From: Candidatus Marinacidobacterales bacterium
Lineage (GTDB): Bacteria; Acidobacteriota; Vicinamibacteria; Marinacidobacterales; SMYC01
Assembly: GCA_965224085.1 (NCBI GenBank)
Contig: CBDCYI010000011.1
Span: 1,152,001-1,216,000 of the forward strand
Direction: 5' to 3'
DNA: 64,000 nucleotides
Shown here: piece by piece, positions 49,971-59,156 of the stretch
Numbering within the stretch: position 1 is the stretch's first letter
How the letters are laid out: the number at the start of each line of letters is the position of its first letter
Translations under genes and position numbers: made by a program
Notes under the pieces: model-generated
Seen by the model: the letters and a program-made list of their open reading frames with translations, nothing else
Told to the model about the DNA's origin: nothing
The model's database searches: none

Positions 49971-51055
49971 GCCTTGGTGCACAACTCCGATAGAGGCCGA
50001 GAGCTCGCTTGGCCCCGACTCCCATCATCCGATCATCTCGCTATCAGGCATCCCGAGCGCCGTCATGGTGTTGAGAATCTTGCACCCGATCCTTGCCTCG
50101 ACTCTCTGTGCCGCCAACCCTCTCGCTCGCATCGCTGAGCCCACGATAGCCTTGTAGCGATGGAACGTTGTCTCGACTTTGCTCCGTTTGCTGTAGCCCG
50201 ATTCTGTGTGCCACTTTCGTTTGCCGAGCCGAGCTTGTGCTGCAATGTTGCGATTGCGCTGTCGGCTGCTCGCCGGCCCCGATGCGAGCTGGGCGCCCTT
50301 GCGCGGCGGTATCAGCACCCTCGGCGAGCGATGAGCGCTGTGATTCTCGATTGCCTCATAGACGCCGCTGGCGTCGTATGCGGTGTCAGCTCTGGCCGAT
50401 GAGATGGGACTGTCGCTCTGTCCGACAAGCGATGCAACCCGCGATGAATCGCGGGCTCTTTTGCTCGTCAGCTCGCAGGCGACGACTTCGCCAGTCTGCT
50501 CGTCGACACACAGATGGAGCTTGCGATAGTCTCTGCTATTTGGTGCTCTGCGCAGCTGGCCGGCGTGGACAGCGAGACCGCTGCTGTCGATCAAGATGTG
50601 CAACGGCGTCTTCTGCTTGTCTTGGTAGAAGGGGACCTTACCCAGCTTCGCCTTGCGCCTCGAGATCGTGGTGTGATCGGGCACATCATTGTCTAGCTTC
50701 ATCAGAGCGAACAACGATCGCAGCAATCCCTCGCTCTGCCTAGATGACAGATGAAACACCATGCCCAGGGTGACAGCCGTCTCGATGGCGTGGTTCGACT
50801 ACTTGCGTTGACGGCCCGGTTTCCTCCTCCTCGGCCGGGGCGCGTCCCAGTTCACAAGCTTGCCGGCGGTGAGCGAGATCCAGACGGTCAGGCTCCCACG
50901 GTTGCGTAGACCCGCCTCATATTCACGCCAATTCCTCACGCGATAGGCCTTCTTCACATACTTCCGCTGAGTGCGTTTGAAAATGCTCATGGGGAACCTC
51001 GAATCCGTGAGTAAAGGACAATTGTGGACCGAGATCGCGAGTTGTGCACCAAGGC
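49971..51055 (-). mobile_element. IS5 family (IS903-like) element
   Basis: 17-bp perfect terminal IRs GCCTTGGTGCACAACTC / GAGTTGTGCACCAAGGC; no flanking direct repeat. Confidence 0.9.
50025..50990 (-). pseudogene. IS5/IS903-type transposase with an in-frame TAG
   Basis: YRVRNWREYEAGLRNRGSLTVW...GRQRK*SNHAIE...PDHTTISRR, IDSSGL, RKLHL, ADTAYD, RSKVET; stop at 50799-50801. Confidence 0.88.
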
Positions 51056-51215
51056 ACAGCGAAGGCGATATTTTAGAGCCCAATCAGGTCGTCAGGGCAC
51101 GGGAACGATTGGGCGACCGAGGGCGAGATATCCGCATGTTGCCCGGCGGCCATCTGACGATCCCAGAACAACCGCAGCCACTCTCTCGAATCATCGAAGA
51201 GGTTGCCCCCTCTAA
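51056..51215 (+). pseudogene. Alpha/beta-hydrolase C-terminal remnant
   Basis: HSEGD...MLPGGHLTIPEQPQPLSRII (catalytic His region). Confidence 0.5.
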
Positions 51216-51317
51216 CAGCGAGGAGTCAAACAAGACCACGGGCTGCAAGGTTCTCGCTTTTTCACTCGAGCCTGGGCTGACAAGACGCGTCGTATGGACC
51301 CGCCAGTGCAAGATCCG

Positions 51318-52556
51318 CTACGAGGACATCCCGCGTGCCGCCACCGGCCAGACCGCCTCGACACGCTCGTTTCGCACGGCGTACATGCGGTCGTAGAGGT
51401 TCACGACGGGGTCGCAGTGGGAGACGATCAGCTCGAGCTTGTCGCCGACTCGGTACGTGCGGCTGGCTTTTTCGTAACCGATCGACCCGAACTCGTCCGA
51501 GCCCGATCGATAGGTGATACCGCTCTCGCCTTTCACGATTGGCCACGGTCGGTTGATCGTGCACGCCTTCGCGCCCGCGTCCGCGGTGGCGCGGCCTTCG
51601 TACTGATCGTTCAGCACCGTGGTCAAAATCGTCAAGGACGGTGCGAAATCGGAGTACACCTCGGGGTCGCTCTCACCACCGATGGCAAGATACTGGGCAT
51701 CCATGAAGACATAGCTTCCCACCTGCACGTCGGTCAAGCCTTCGGTGTCGTGGTCGATGTTGTAAGTGCCCGTCCCACCGCCGCTGAAGATCTCGGTGTT
51801 CAGCCCGGACCGCTTCAATGACGCCAGCGTTTCAGCGGCAGGCACAAGCCGCTCGAGCGTCTGTGCTTTCCTCTTTTCGAAACCCTTGACGTGTTGAGAC
51901 CCGCCGTCGTAACAGAGCATGCCGCGGAGCTTCAAACCGGGGAGCCGGTCGACGTGACGCGCGAGCTCGAGAGCCGGCTCGCCGGGCGTGATACCGGTGC
52001 GATGCCTTCCAGGGTCGACATCGATGACAACGTCCGCTGCCAGACCGAAAGCCACCGCCGCCTCGGAGAGCGCACGCGCGTTGGCAGGGCTGTCCGTAGC
52101 CTGGATGAATTGGTTGCACCATTTGCGCAAAGCCATCGCCCGCTGGATCTTGTACGGCGTCACGTTGGTGGTCGTCATGAGAATCCGGTCGATGCCGTGC
52201 TCGAACATCACCTCGGCTTCGCTCACTTTGGCAACGCAGATCCCCACGGAGCCACTAGCAAGCTGGAGCCGAGCGATGGCCGGGCACTTGTGGGTTTTGA
52301 CGTGCGGCCGGCTCGCGATGCGGTTGCGGCGGACCATCTGCTGCATCGCGCTTAGGTTGGCCTCGAGCGCATCGAGGTCGACAATAAGCGCGGGAGTGTC
52401 GAGATCCCACTTCGAGATTCCCACCTCGCGGGCGGACTCCACGGTTACGGGGCGCGGCTCCGCTCCTGAAGCAGTCGCTGAAGAGCCAGCTGTCCAGATG
52501 CCCGCGGCACCGCCAGCTTGAAGAAATCGACGGCGTGAGACGACATGGTCGGTCAT
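51318..52556 (-). CDS. DSD1-family PLP enzyme (D-threonine aldolase/D-serine dehydratase-like) with Tat signal
   Basis: SRRRFLQ twin-Arg; LDTPALIVD, RPHVKTHK (PLP Lys), HRTG, SGGGTGT and SHCDPVVN motifs. Confidence 0.9.
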   Translation of the reverse strand: MTDHVVSRRRFLQAGGAAGIWTAGSSATASGAEPRPVTVESAREVGISKWDLDTPALIVDLDALEANLSAMQQMVRRNRIASRPHVKTHKCPAIARLQLASGSVGICVAKVSEAEVMFEHGIDRILMTTTNVTPYKIQRAMALRKWCNQFIQATDSPANARALSEAAVAFGLAADVVIDVDPGRHRTGITPGEPALELARHVDRLPGLKLRGMLCYDGGSQHVKGFEKRKAQTLERLVPAAETLASLKRSGLNTEIFSGGGTGTYNIDHDTEGLTDVQVGSYVFMDAQYLAIGGESDPEVYSDFAPSLTILTTVLNDQYEGRATADAGAKACTINRPWPIVKGESGITYRSGSDEFGSIGYEKASRTYRVGDKLELIVSHCDPVVNLYDRMYAVRNERVEAVWPVAARGMSS

Positions 52557-52936
52557 AGTGACACCTGTATATGCCAATCGCTGCACGATCGCAACGGCCG
52601 AGCTCGCCTCTAGCGCGTACGGTGCCAAAACTCAGCCGCGCCGGCTGTGGAGTGTTGGCAGGGCTTTAAGGCAATTCGGTGCGAAGCCCACGCGGGGCGC
52701 GCGGGTCTGCACGTTTTCACAACACGCCGACAGTCGGATCTAGTCCTGGCCCTTTCCAATGACTCCGTAAGATCCAGTGAGGGTCAGCTTAGAAACCGTA
52801 GCGCTTTCACACGCCGGGCAACCGTACGGCTGTCGGCTCCGTTGAACGTGACTACCACACTAGCCTCCTGCGGCAAAGCTAGTCACGCCTGCACGGCTAG
52901 ACGCCGCAGTCCGCTTCGCTTATCAGCCTGACTTGC

Positions 52937-55345
52937 CTACACACCTGCAGCCTTGAGCTCGGCGAGCACACGCTCGTCCCGGAACGGAACCCGGCGAAGA
53001 CGCACTCCAGTCGCGTCGTAGATGGCGTTGGCGACGGCCGCGATCAGCGGTTTGCATACAGCTTCGCCGGCTCCGTAGGGCGGCAGATCGGGCCGGTCCG
53101 GATGGGGATCTCCGTTGACCAGGACGACGTCGATCGCGGCCGGCGTGTCGGCATGGGTGAGGCTGGGATGAGAACGCCAATCCACACTCGTGACCCTTTC
53201 GGTGTTGAAGCGCACCTCCTCGTGGAGCGCGCGGCTCAGCGAGTGGAGCATCCCGCCCTCGATCGTGCCGCGCAACCCTTCGGGATTGATGACCAGGCCG
53301 CAGTCGTGTGCGCAGACGAGCCGCTTGACCCAGACGTGACCGGTCTCGCGATTCACCTCGACCTCGGCAATCTCCGCGACCACGGTCTGGCTGCGGTAGG
53401 AGTACGCCATTCCACGCCCCGTCAAGATGGCTTCAGCGTCGCGTGGTTTCGGCGAGACGCGGGTATCCCACCCGTAGGCATCCGCGGCCGCGCGAATGGC
53501 CGCGATCGAGCGCGCTCGTCTGAACCCGCTGTCGTCGTCGGTGCTGGCGGTGAGCAGCCTCAGTCGAAAGGCAACCGGATCAGCTTGCGCCGCCACCGCA
53601 AGCTCGTCGATGAACGATTCGGACGCGAAGGTCACCTGTGGTCCGTTCGGATCCCGAAGGTTCCCGGTTCGAAGCGGCGTTTCCCAGACCGCGGGAAGGC
53701 GTACGACCTTCCCCGTCACACGCCGGTTCGGGATCGCATACAGGTCCGTGGGTGTCGTCGCCCGGCCGGCGTTCGGCGTCTCTTTCCTCGCCCCAATGAG
53801 TTGTGCGATCAAAACCGTCTCGACCTCGTTGTACCCAACGTGATTGTAGTCGGCGCTCTGAGCCTTGTAATCGAACGCAACGACATTTCCCTCTGCGTCC
53901 AACCCTCCACGTAACGTGAACGTATAAGGGGGACCCTTCGTATCCCAGGCGGTCTCTTCGTCCCGCATCCACTGCACGCGAACCGGCCGGCCGATCTCTT
54001 TCGCCAGAAACGCCGCCTCGAAGCCGGCGTCGTCTGCGGCCGTGCGTCCGTAGGACTGAGGCCCTTCCATCCATACCACGCGCACCTGATCCTTTGACAT
54101 CCCAAGAAACTCGGCGACCCCGCGCCGCATGCCGTAGGATTTCATGTCGTTCGAATAGATCGTCATCTGACCGTCCGACGGGTCGGCCAGGGCATGGGCT
54201 GGACCGAAGGCCGTGTGCCCTTGGAAAGGGAAGTCGTATTCGGCTTCGACAACCGTCGCTGCGCTCTCGAGAGCCGCCTCCGGATTGCCCACCACATCCG
54301 GATCCCAGCTCGACATGGGCGTTGCACCGCGCATATACCCGTAAAGCTCGTCGGATGTCGGGAACGGCGCAGCCGCCGGCTTCTCCCAGTCGATTTTGAG
54401 TTTTCTGGAGGCGTCGATCGCCTGCTCCTCCCGCTCGCAGACCACCGCCACATAATTGCCTTTGCTGACCACTCGGATGAATCCCGGCAGATCCTTGACG
54501 GAAGACTCGTCGATGCGGATGAGTTTCGCGCCGACAACCGGTGGCCTGACGTTGCGAGCATGCACCATTCCCGGAAGCTTGACATCCACCGCCCATGTCA
54601 GCGACCCGTCCACCTTGGGTGGAATGTCGTAGCGCTCTCGAGATTGGCCGACGTTCCGGAGCTCTTGCACCGGCTTGACCACGGCTCGGCCGGTGGTCTC
54701 GTTGACGTTTTCCCCCGTCAGCGTGACATGGAACTGCTTCCCATCGATAAGCTCCGCGTAGGTGACTCTCTTCGAGGGATCCGACTTCAGCGTGATCACG
54801 GCGTTGTTAACATTTAGCTGCTCGACAGGTACCCCTAACCTTTTTTCGGCCAGCTCCAGCAAGACGCGTCTGGCCTCGGCGGCCACCCTTCGCATCGGCC
54901 AACCATCTCTCTGTATCGCATCGGAGCCACCGGATCCCCCCTGGTCCGGCGTGACGTCGGTGCTGCCCATGATGACGTTGGTGTCATCGTAGGCGATATC
55001 TAGCTCGTCGGACATCATCTGCCGAAACGCGGTTCCCGTCCCCTGGCCGCAATCGGTCTTACCGACAAAAAAGGTCGCCGTATTGTTCTCATGAATGACG
55101 ATCCACGAATCGAGTTGCCTGAAGTCGGGGTCGGGATACGGGCCCGCTGCCTGGGTTGCAGCCGCTTCGCCCTGCGCAGCCACAACGAGCGCGCTGGCAG
55201 GGGAGATGGCCGCCGCGCTGAAGCTCACCACGAAGATACCCGAGGTCTTGAGGAAATCCCTCCGGGAAGTCGCAGCGCTCCGCTGCTCCAGCGCGTCCTT
55301 GATCTGTTTCGGGATCTGTTTCGGGATACTCGTGAAGGTTGTCAT
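52937..55345 (-). CDS. Xanthine-dehydrogenase-family molybdopterin-binding subunit (isoquinoline/nicotinate oxidoreductase-like)
   Basis: SRRDFLK, GKTDCGQG, FASESFIDELA, AHDCGLVINP and GAGEA motifs; start MTTFTSIPKQ at 55345. Confidence 0.9.
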   Translation of the reverse strand: MTTFTSIPKQIPKQIKDALEQRSAATSRRDFLKTSGIFVVSFSAAAISPASALVVAAQGEAAATQAAGPYPDPDFRQLDSWIVIHENNTATFFVGKTDCGQGTGTAFRQMMSDELDIAYDDTNVIMGSTDVTPDQGGSGGSDAIQRDGWPMRRVAAEARRVLLELAEKRLGVPVEQLNVNNAVITLKSDPSKRVTYAELIDGKQFHVTLTGENVNETTGRAVVKPVQELRNVGQSRERYDIPPKVDGSLTWAVDVKLPGMVHARNVRPPVVGAKLIRIDESSVKDLPGFIRVVSKGNYVAVVCEREEQAIDASRKLKIDWEKPAAAPFPTSDELYGYMRGATPMSSWDPDVVGNPEAALESAATVVEAEYDFPFQGHTAFGPAHALADPSDGQMTIYSNDMKSYGMRRGVAEFLGMSKDQVRVVWMEGPQSYGRTAADDAGFEAAFLAKEIGRPVRVQWMRDEETAWDTKGPPYTFTLRGGLDAEGNVVAFDYKAQSADYNHVGYNEVETVLIAQLIGARKETPNAGRATTPTDLYAIPNRRVTGKVVRLPAVWETPLRTGNLRDPNGPQVTFASESFIDELAVAAQADPVAFRLRLLTASTDDDSGFRRARSIAAIRAAADAYGWDTRVSPKPRDAEAILTGRGMAYSYRSQTVVAEIAEVEVNRETGHVWVKRLVCAHDCGLVINPEGLRGTIEGGMLHSLSRALHEEVRFNTERVTSVDWRSHPSLTHADTPAAIDVVLVNGDPHPDRPDLPPYGAGEAVCKPLIAAVANAIYDATGVRLRRVPFRDERVLAELKAAGV

Positions 55346-55839
55346 CAGCCCACCTTCCTTTCGGACGCGGCGACACCTGCAGAGGATTCTCCCGCGGCAC
55401 GTTTGACCGCCGCCTGGATCCGGTAATAGGTCATACACCGGCACATGGCGCTCGCCATACCCTTACGGATTTCGGCGTCCGTCGGATTCGGATTTCGGTC
55501 CAGAAGCGCCTTGGCCGTCATGATCTGCCCGTTCTGGCAGAAGCCGCACTGTGGAACCTGCTCGTCGATCCAGGCCTGCTGCACCGGGTGCAGAGTGCCG
55601 TCTTTGGCGAGTCCTTCGAGCGTGGTTATCTCGCCTTTGACTCGGGACGTCGGCGTCACACACGACCGTGTCGCCACACCGTTGATGATCACCGTGCACG
55701 CCCCGCACTGGCCGAGTCCGCAACCAAACCGCGGGCCTCGCAAGCCGAGATCGTTTCGCAAGACGTAGAGCAGTCGGGTCGAAGGGTCGATATCCACGGT
55801 GTGGTTCGTGCCGTTCACGTTCAATGTCACGTTGCTCAT
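55345..55839 (-). CDS. (2Fe-2S)-binding small subunit
   Basis: FGCGLGQCGAC, QCGFCQNG and CRC motifs. Confidence 0.95.
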   Translation of the reverse strand: MSNVTLNVNGTNHTVDIDPSTRLLYVLRNDLGLRGPRFGCGLGQCGACTVIINGVATRSCVTPTSRVKGEITTLEGLAKDGTLHPVQQAWIDEQVPQCGFCQNGQIMTAKALLDRNPNPTDAEIRKGMASAMCRCMTYYRIQAAVKRAAGESSAGVAASERKVG

Positions 55840-56019
55840 CGTCCATGCTCCTTAGACATCGGATGGATGGGTCAAAGGCGCGTACGATTTTCCTGCCGGT
55901 CTGAAGTTCATCGGATCGTATCGCCTCTAATGAGGTGGCTGGCTAGCAACGATCACGCTAGCGCGCAATGACTGTACTGGATCGCGGCCGATTCGACAAA
56001 TGAAACAGATGGGTCTGCG

Positions 56020-56270
56020 CCGCAGCTGAGGGCGACGTCCTGCTCAGTAGGATCAGCGGTAGCGCCGGTCCCATCGGCACGCGCCGCATCGCGCTCGCGC
56101 ACGAAACCGGCGGCTGGACCGAAGCGCACTGGGCGTCGGTCCGGCTGAGACCTACTTCGGCGCCTTCATCGTTCACGAAGGCCACCCTACGAGCTCGACC
56201 GGCCGCGTCCCTGGCGTGCCTTGACGTCGAGAATGGCGAGCGCAAGTGGAAGGTCGATGGCATCCATTAG
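56020..56270 (+). pseudogene. Degraded PQQ-like beta-propeller (BamB-like) fragment
   Basis: YFGAFIVHEGH and LACLDVENGERKWK pieces in different frames. Confidence 0.45.
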
Positions 56271-56276
56271 TACCTA

Positions 56277-56305
56277 TTGACGATACTATCGTTTGTCGCT
56301 ACCAT
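56277..56305 (+). promoter_or_regulatory. Sigma70 promoter with palindromic operator (probably leaderless)
   Basis: TTGACG-17bp-TACCAT, 6 nt before GTG 56312; ACGATA-C-TATCGT (56280-56292) overlaps the -35 box and spacer. Confidence 0.7.
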
Positions 56306-56311
56306 TAAAAG

Positions 56312-56785
56312 GTGAAACACCCAGGCGAGTACCTCAAAGAGAGCTTCCTCGACCCCCTCCGCATCACGCCCTACCGGTTGGCGAAAAGCATCGGCGTCCA
56401 CCAGACGCGAATCTCCCAGATCTTGCACGGCAAGCGTGGCATTACCCCAGACACGGCCGTGCGGCTCGGAGCATTCTTCGGCGTGCCACCCCGATGGTTC
56501 ATGGACCTGCAAGTGCGCTACGACCTTGTTCGAGCCGCGTCCTGCGCGGAAGGAATAGAGCAGTTCCCAGGTCGATACTGGGTCCGTCCGAGCGGCGCCC
56601 GGTGGCTGGATCCTGCTCCCCTGGCTCAACCGACTACCCATCGTATCGACCCCGAGTTCCGAGAGCGAGTTCGCGCTCAGGCGGCGCTGTCGCCGACGCG
56701 CCGGCGTCGCCAACTCGTTGCCGTCGAGTACGACAACGGAATGAAGGCCGTCGTCGGACAGGAGATCGATGAACCGCCTTCATGA
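56312..56785 (+). CDS. higA: HigA-family XRE antitoxin-like protein with a long C-terminal extension
   Basis: HPGEYLKESFL.PL.ITPYRLAK...ISQILHGKRGITPDTAVRL..FFG....WFMDLQ..YDL, plus ~85 extra aa. Confidence 0.8.
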   Translation: MKHPGEYLKESFLDPLRITPYRLAKSIGVHQTRISQILHGKRGITPDTAVRLGAFFGVPPRWFMDLQVRYDLVRAASCAEGIEQFPGRYWVRPSGARWLDPAPLAQPTTHRIDPEFRERVRAQAALSPTRRRRQLVAVEYDNGMKAVVGQEIDEPPS

Positions 56786-57275
56786 ACTTGACGCAGTCGT
56801 TGCGGCCAACGTGATCGAGGACGCCATCGAGATTGGGGAACTGCTGTCCCGTCTAAGGGTTCCTCACGCGCTGATCGGTGGACTGGCGGTTGGGCTCAAC
56901 GGTTTCCCACGCGCCACGAAAGACGTGGACTACCTCGTCGGATTGGAGGCCTTCGAGAAGACCGCACCGGTCCTCGTCTACCGGTCGGAGCTGAAGGACC
57001 GTATCGAGATGGCCGTCGTCGACCTGCTCGCCGTACCCGACGCATTCCCGTGCCTCGCCGATCAACTGGCGGTCGTGGAGGTTGGCGAGGTACACGTCAT
57101 CGCTCCCGAGGCTCTCATCCTGATGAAGTTATCCGCCAATCGCCCACAGGATCGCGCCGACGTCGCGCGCCTTCTCGACGCCGTCATCGACGAACGGGGC
57201 GTTGCCTCCTATCTCGCCGAAAACGCGCCTGACTTGCTCAACCGCTTCGCCGAGCTCGTCGACGAAGTGCGATGA
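56769..57275 (+). CDS. Nucleotidyltransferase (AbiEii/DUF6036-like)
   Basis: ALIGGLAV...G.PRATKDVD and LILMKL.ANRPQDRADV motifs. Confidence 0.8.
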   Translation: MNRLHELDAVVAANVIEDAIEIGELLSRLRVPHALIGGLAVGLNGFPRATKDVDYLVGLEAFEKTAPVLVYRSELKDRIEMAVVDLLAVPDAFPCLADQLAVVEVGEVHVIAPEALILMKLSANRPQDRADVARLLDAVIDERGVASYLAENAPDLLNRFAELVDEVR

Positions 57276-57660
57276 GTCGCAGGCATCTGTGAACCGGCGA
57301 CTCCCGCACTCCACCAAACCTGTGCCTCGTCTATCGTAGCTCACGAAGCTCGGGTTCATTGCGTCCAATCGTCGCAGCAGCCCACCTAGATCATCCGCGT
57401 CATGTCCAAAAAATACGAACGGCGCCGAACGCTCGACGCCCAGAGGCGCTCACGAGATCGCAGGGACGAACCGACAGCGCGCCGGTTCGGCCAGAGGCGA
57501 GCGCCGAGCGGATCCCTGGTACCGTCCTCGGGCGCACACCGACTCCTACGCGCCTCGCGGAGCCGCCCAACCGCTCGCGACAGCGGACGCTCCATGACGA
57601 CTCCCGGCGTCGAGAGACATCGGCAAAACCTATCGGTTCGACCGATTGGTTACAACCACC

Positions 57661-57680
57661 GACTCTGCACGTGCGGAGTT
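57661..57680. repeat. 20-bp palindrome upstream of the third HNH gene; variant inside the gene at 58541-58558
   Basis: GACTCT-GCACGTGC-GGAGTT; internal variant ACCTC-GCGCGCGC-AGGGT. Confidence 0.6.
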
Positions 57681-57773
57681 GGAGATAAAACGTCCGATCA
57701 TCTGACGCATCCAGCGTACAGGGAGGAAACGAAACCCAAAACTCGTCTTATACCTATATAAGGAGTCGCGCCC

Positions 57774-58850
57774 ATGATTCTGCGGTTCAAGAACTATTTC
57801 TCGCACCTCGAACGACGCACACATGCGGAGCTCGATTCTTCGGCCGAGAAGCTGGTGCGGGGAGAGAAACGAAACGTCGCTCTGCTCATCGCTTATCTTT
57901 CAGAGATGTCGCGGCGAAAGACCGCGCTCGAGCTCGGCTACAAGAGCCTCTTCGACTATTGCGTCAACAGACTGAAGCTGAGCGAGGGCTCTGTCGCGCG
58001 TCGCATTCAAGTGGCTAACGTGGCCAGGCGGTTTCCGCAGATGCTCGTTGCGTTGGCTGAGAACACGATCACCTTGACGGCCGCGGGACTTCTCGCTCCG
58101 CACCTTCGCACCAACAATGCCGATAAGTTGATCTCCGATGGCGCCGGCCTTTCCTCCCGTGCCGTCGAGGAGTGTCTCGTCGCGTTACAGCCGCGGGCCG
58201 TCTTTCGATCGTCGATCCGCAAGCAGCCAAGGGCGACCAAGAACACTCCGAAAGCGGCGCCTGCGCCACCATCAGGTGTGCCGCCCACTCCGAGGCCGCC
58301 GACCCCTCCCGTCGTGCAACCCGCGCGCCCCGAGACGTTCAACTTCCGCTTCTCCGCCGACAAGGAATTCAAAGAAAAGCTCGAGCGGTTGGCGGAGGTG
58401 ATGGGCGTCGAGAATCCCGCACAGCATATGGCCGAGCTTTTAGGGGCGGCCGTCGATCTCGCGCTCGAGAAGAAGGATCCGAAGAAGAAACTCGAAAGAC
58501 GCCGGAAGCGAGAAAGCCAACGCCAAACGCCCGAGTCGCGACCTCGCGCGCGCAGGGTGTCACCAAAAGTAACAGAAGTGCCCTCACGCTATGTGACGTC
58601 GGCGGTGCGCGAGCGTGTGTTCGCTCGCGCGGGGTACCAATGCGAGTATCGAAGTTGGGACGGGACGCGGTGCAGCTCGCGCACGGGGCTAGAGCTCGAG
58701 CATACACGGCCGTTCGGCGTTGTTCCAAGCCACGACGAGAAGCTGCTGAAAGCCTTGTGCCGTGCGCATAACCGTTTGGCCGCCGATCGTTTCTACGGCA
58801 CCGAGTTCATGGAAGCGAAGGTTGCGGAGGCCCGATCGCGCTCGGGCTAG
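57774..58850 (+). CDS. HNH endonuclease, same family as 34882-36000 (divergent)
   Basis: LIAYLSEM.RRK...GYKSLFDYC..LKLSEG...RRI; FRFSADKEFKEKLERL; RAGYQCEY..RC...LELEH...ALCRAHN. Confidence 0.85.
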   Translation: MILRFKNYFSHLERRTHAELDSSAEKLVRGEKRNVALLIAYLSEMSRRKTALELGYKSLFDYCVNRLKLSEGSVARRIQVANVARRFPQMLVALAENTITLTAAGLLAPHLRTNNADKLISDGAGLSSRAVEECLVALQPRAVFRSSIRKQPRATKNTPKAAPAPPSGVPPTPRPPTPPVVQPARPETFNFRFSADKEFKEKLERLAEVMGVENPAQHMAELLGAAVDLALEKKDPKKKLERRRKRESQRQTPESRPRARRVSPKVTEVPSRYVTSAVRERVFARAGYQCEYRSWDGTRCSSRTGLELEHTRPFGVVPSHDEKLLKALCRAHNRLAADRFYGTEFMEAKVAEARSRSG

Positions 58851-58976
58851 TCGTCAGTCGGGACGCGACGCTAAAACGTTGGCTCACGGTTCGGGGACTC
58901 TCTCGATGCGAGAACTGCGTTTCGAAAGACGAAATCGAGAAGATCTTGCGCGAACACATCACCCGGGCATCGGATA

Positions 58977-59050
58977 TCAGCGAGTGCAGCATCCCGCCCT
59001 CCATCGTGCCGGCAACCCATCGGGGTTGATGACAACGCCGCAGTCGTGCG
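58977..59050 (-). pseudogene. ~75-bp shard of a molybdopterin oxidoreductase paralog
   Basis: Similar to 53236-53310 (HDCG.VINP.GL..T.EGGMLHSL), with substitutions and a 1-nt gap. Confidence 0.7.
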
Positions 59051-59156
59051 TGCCTCCGGATCACATTCCCGGTTGACTCATCCACGTTGTTTTGATATCT
59101 ATTGAACCGAAATTAATCAAATCGTCACACGCGCTCCACTCATGGGAGAAGACGGT

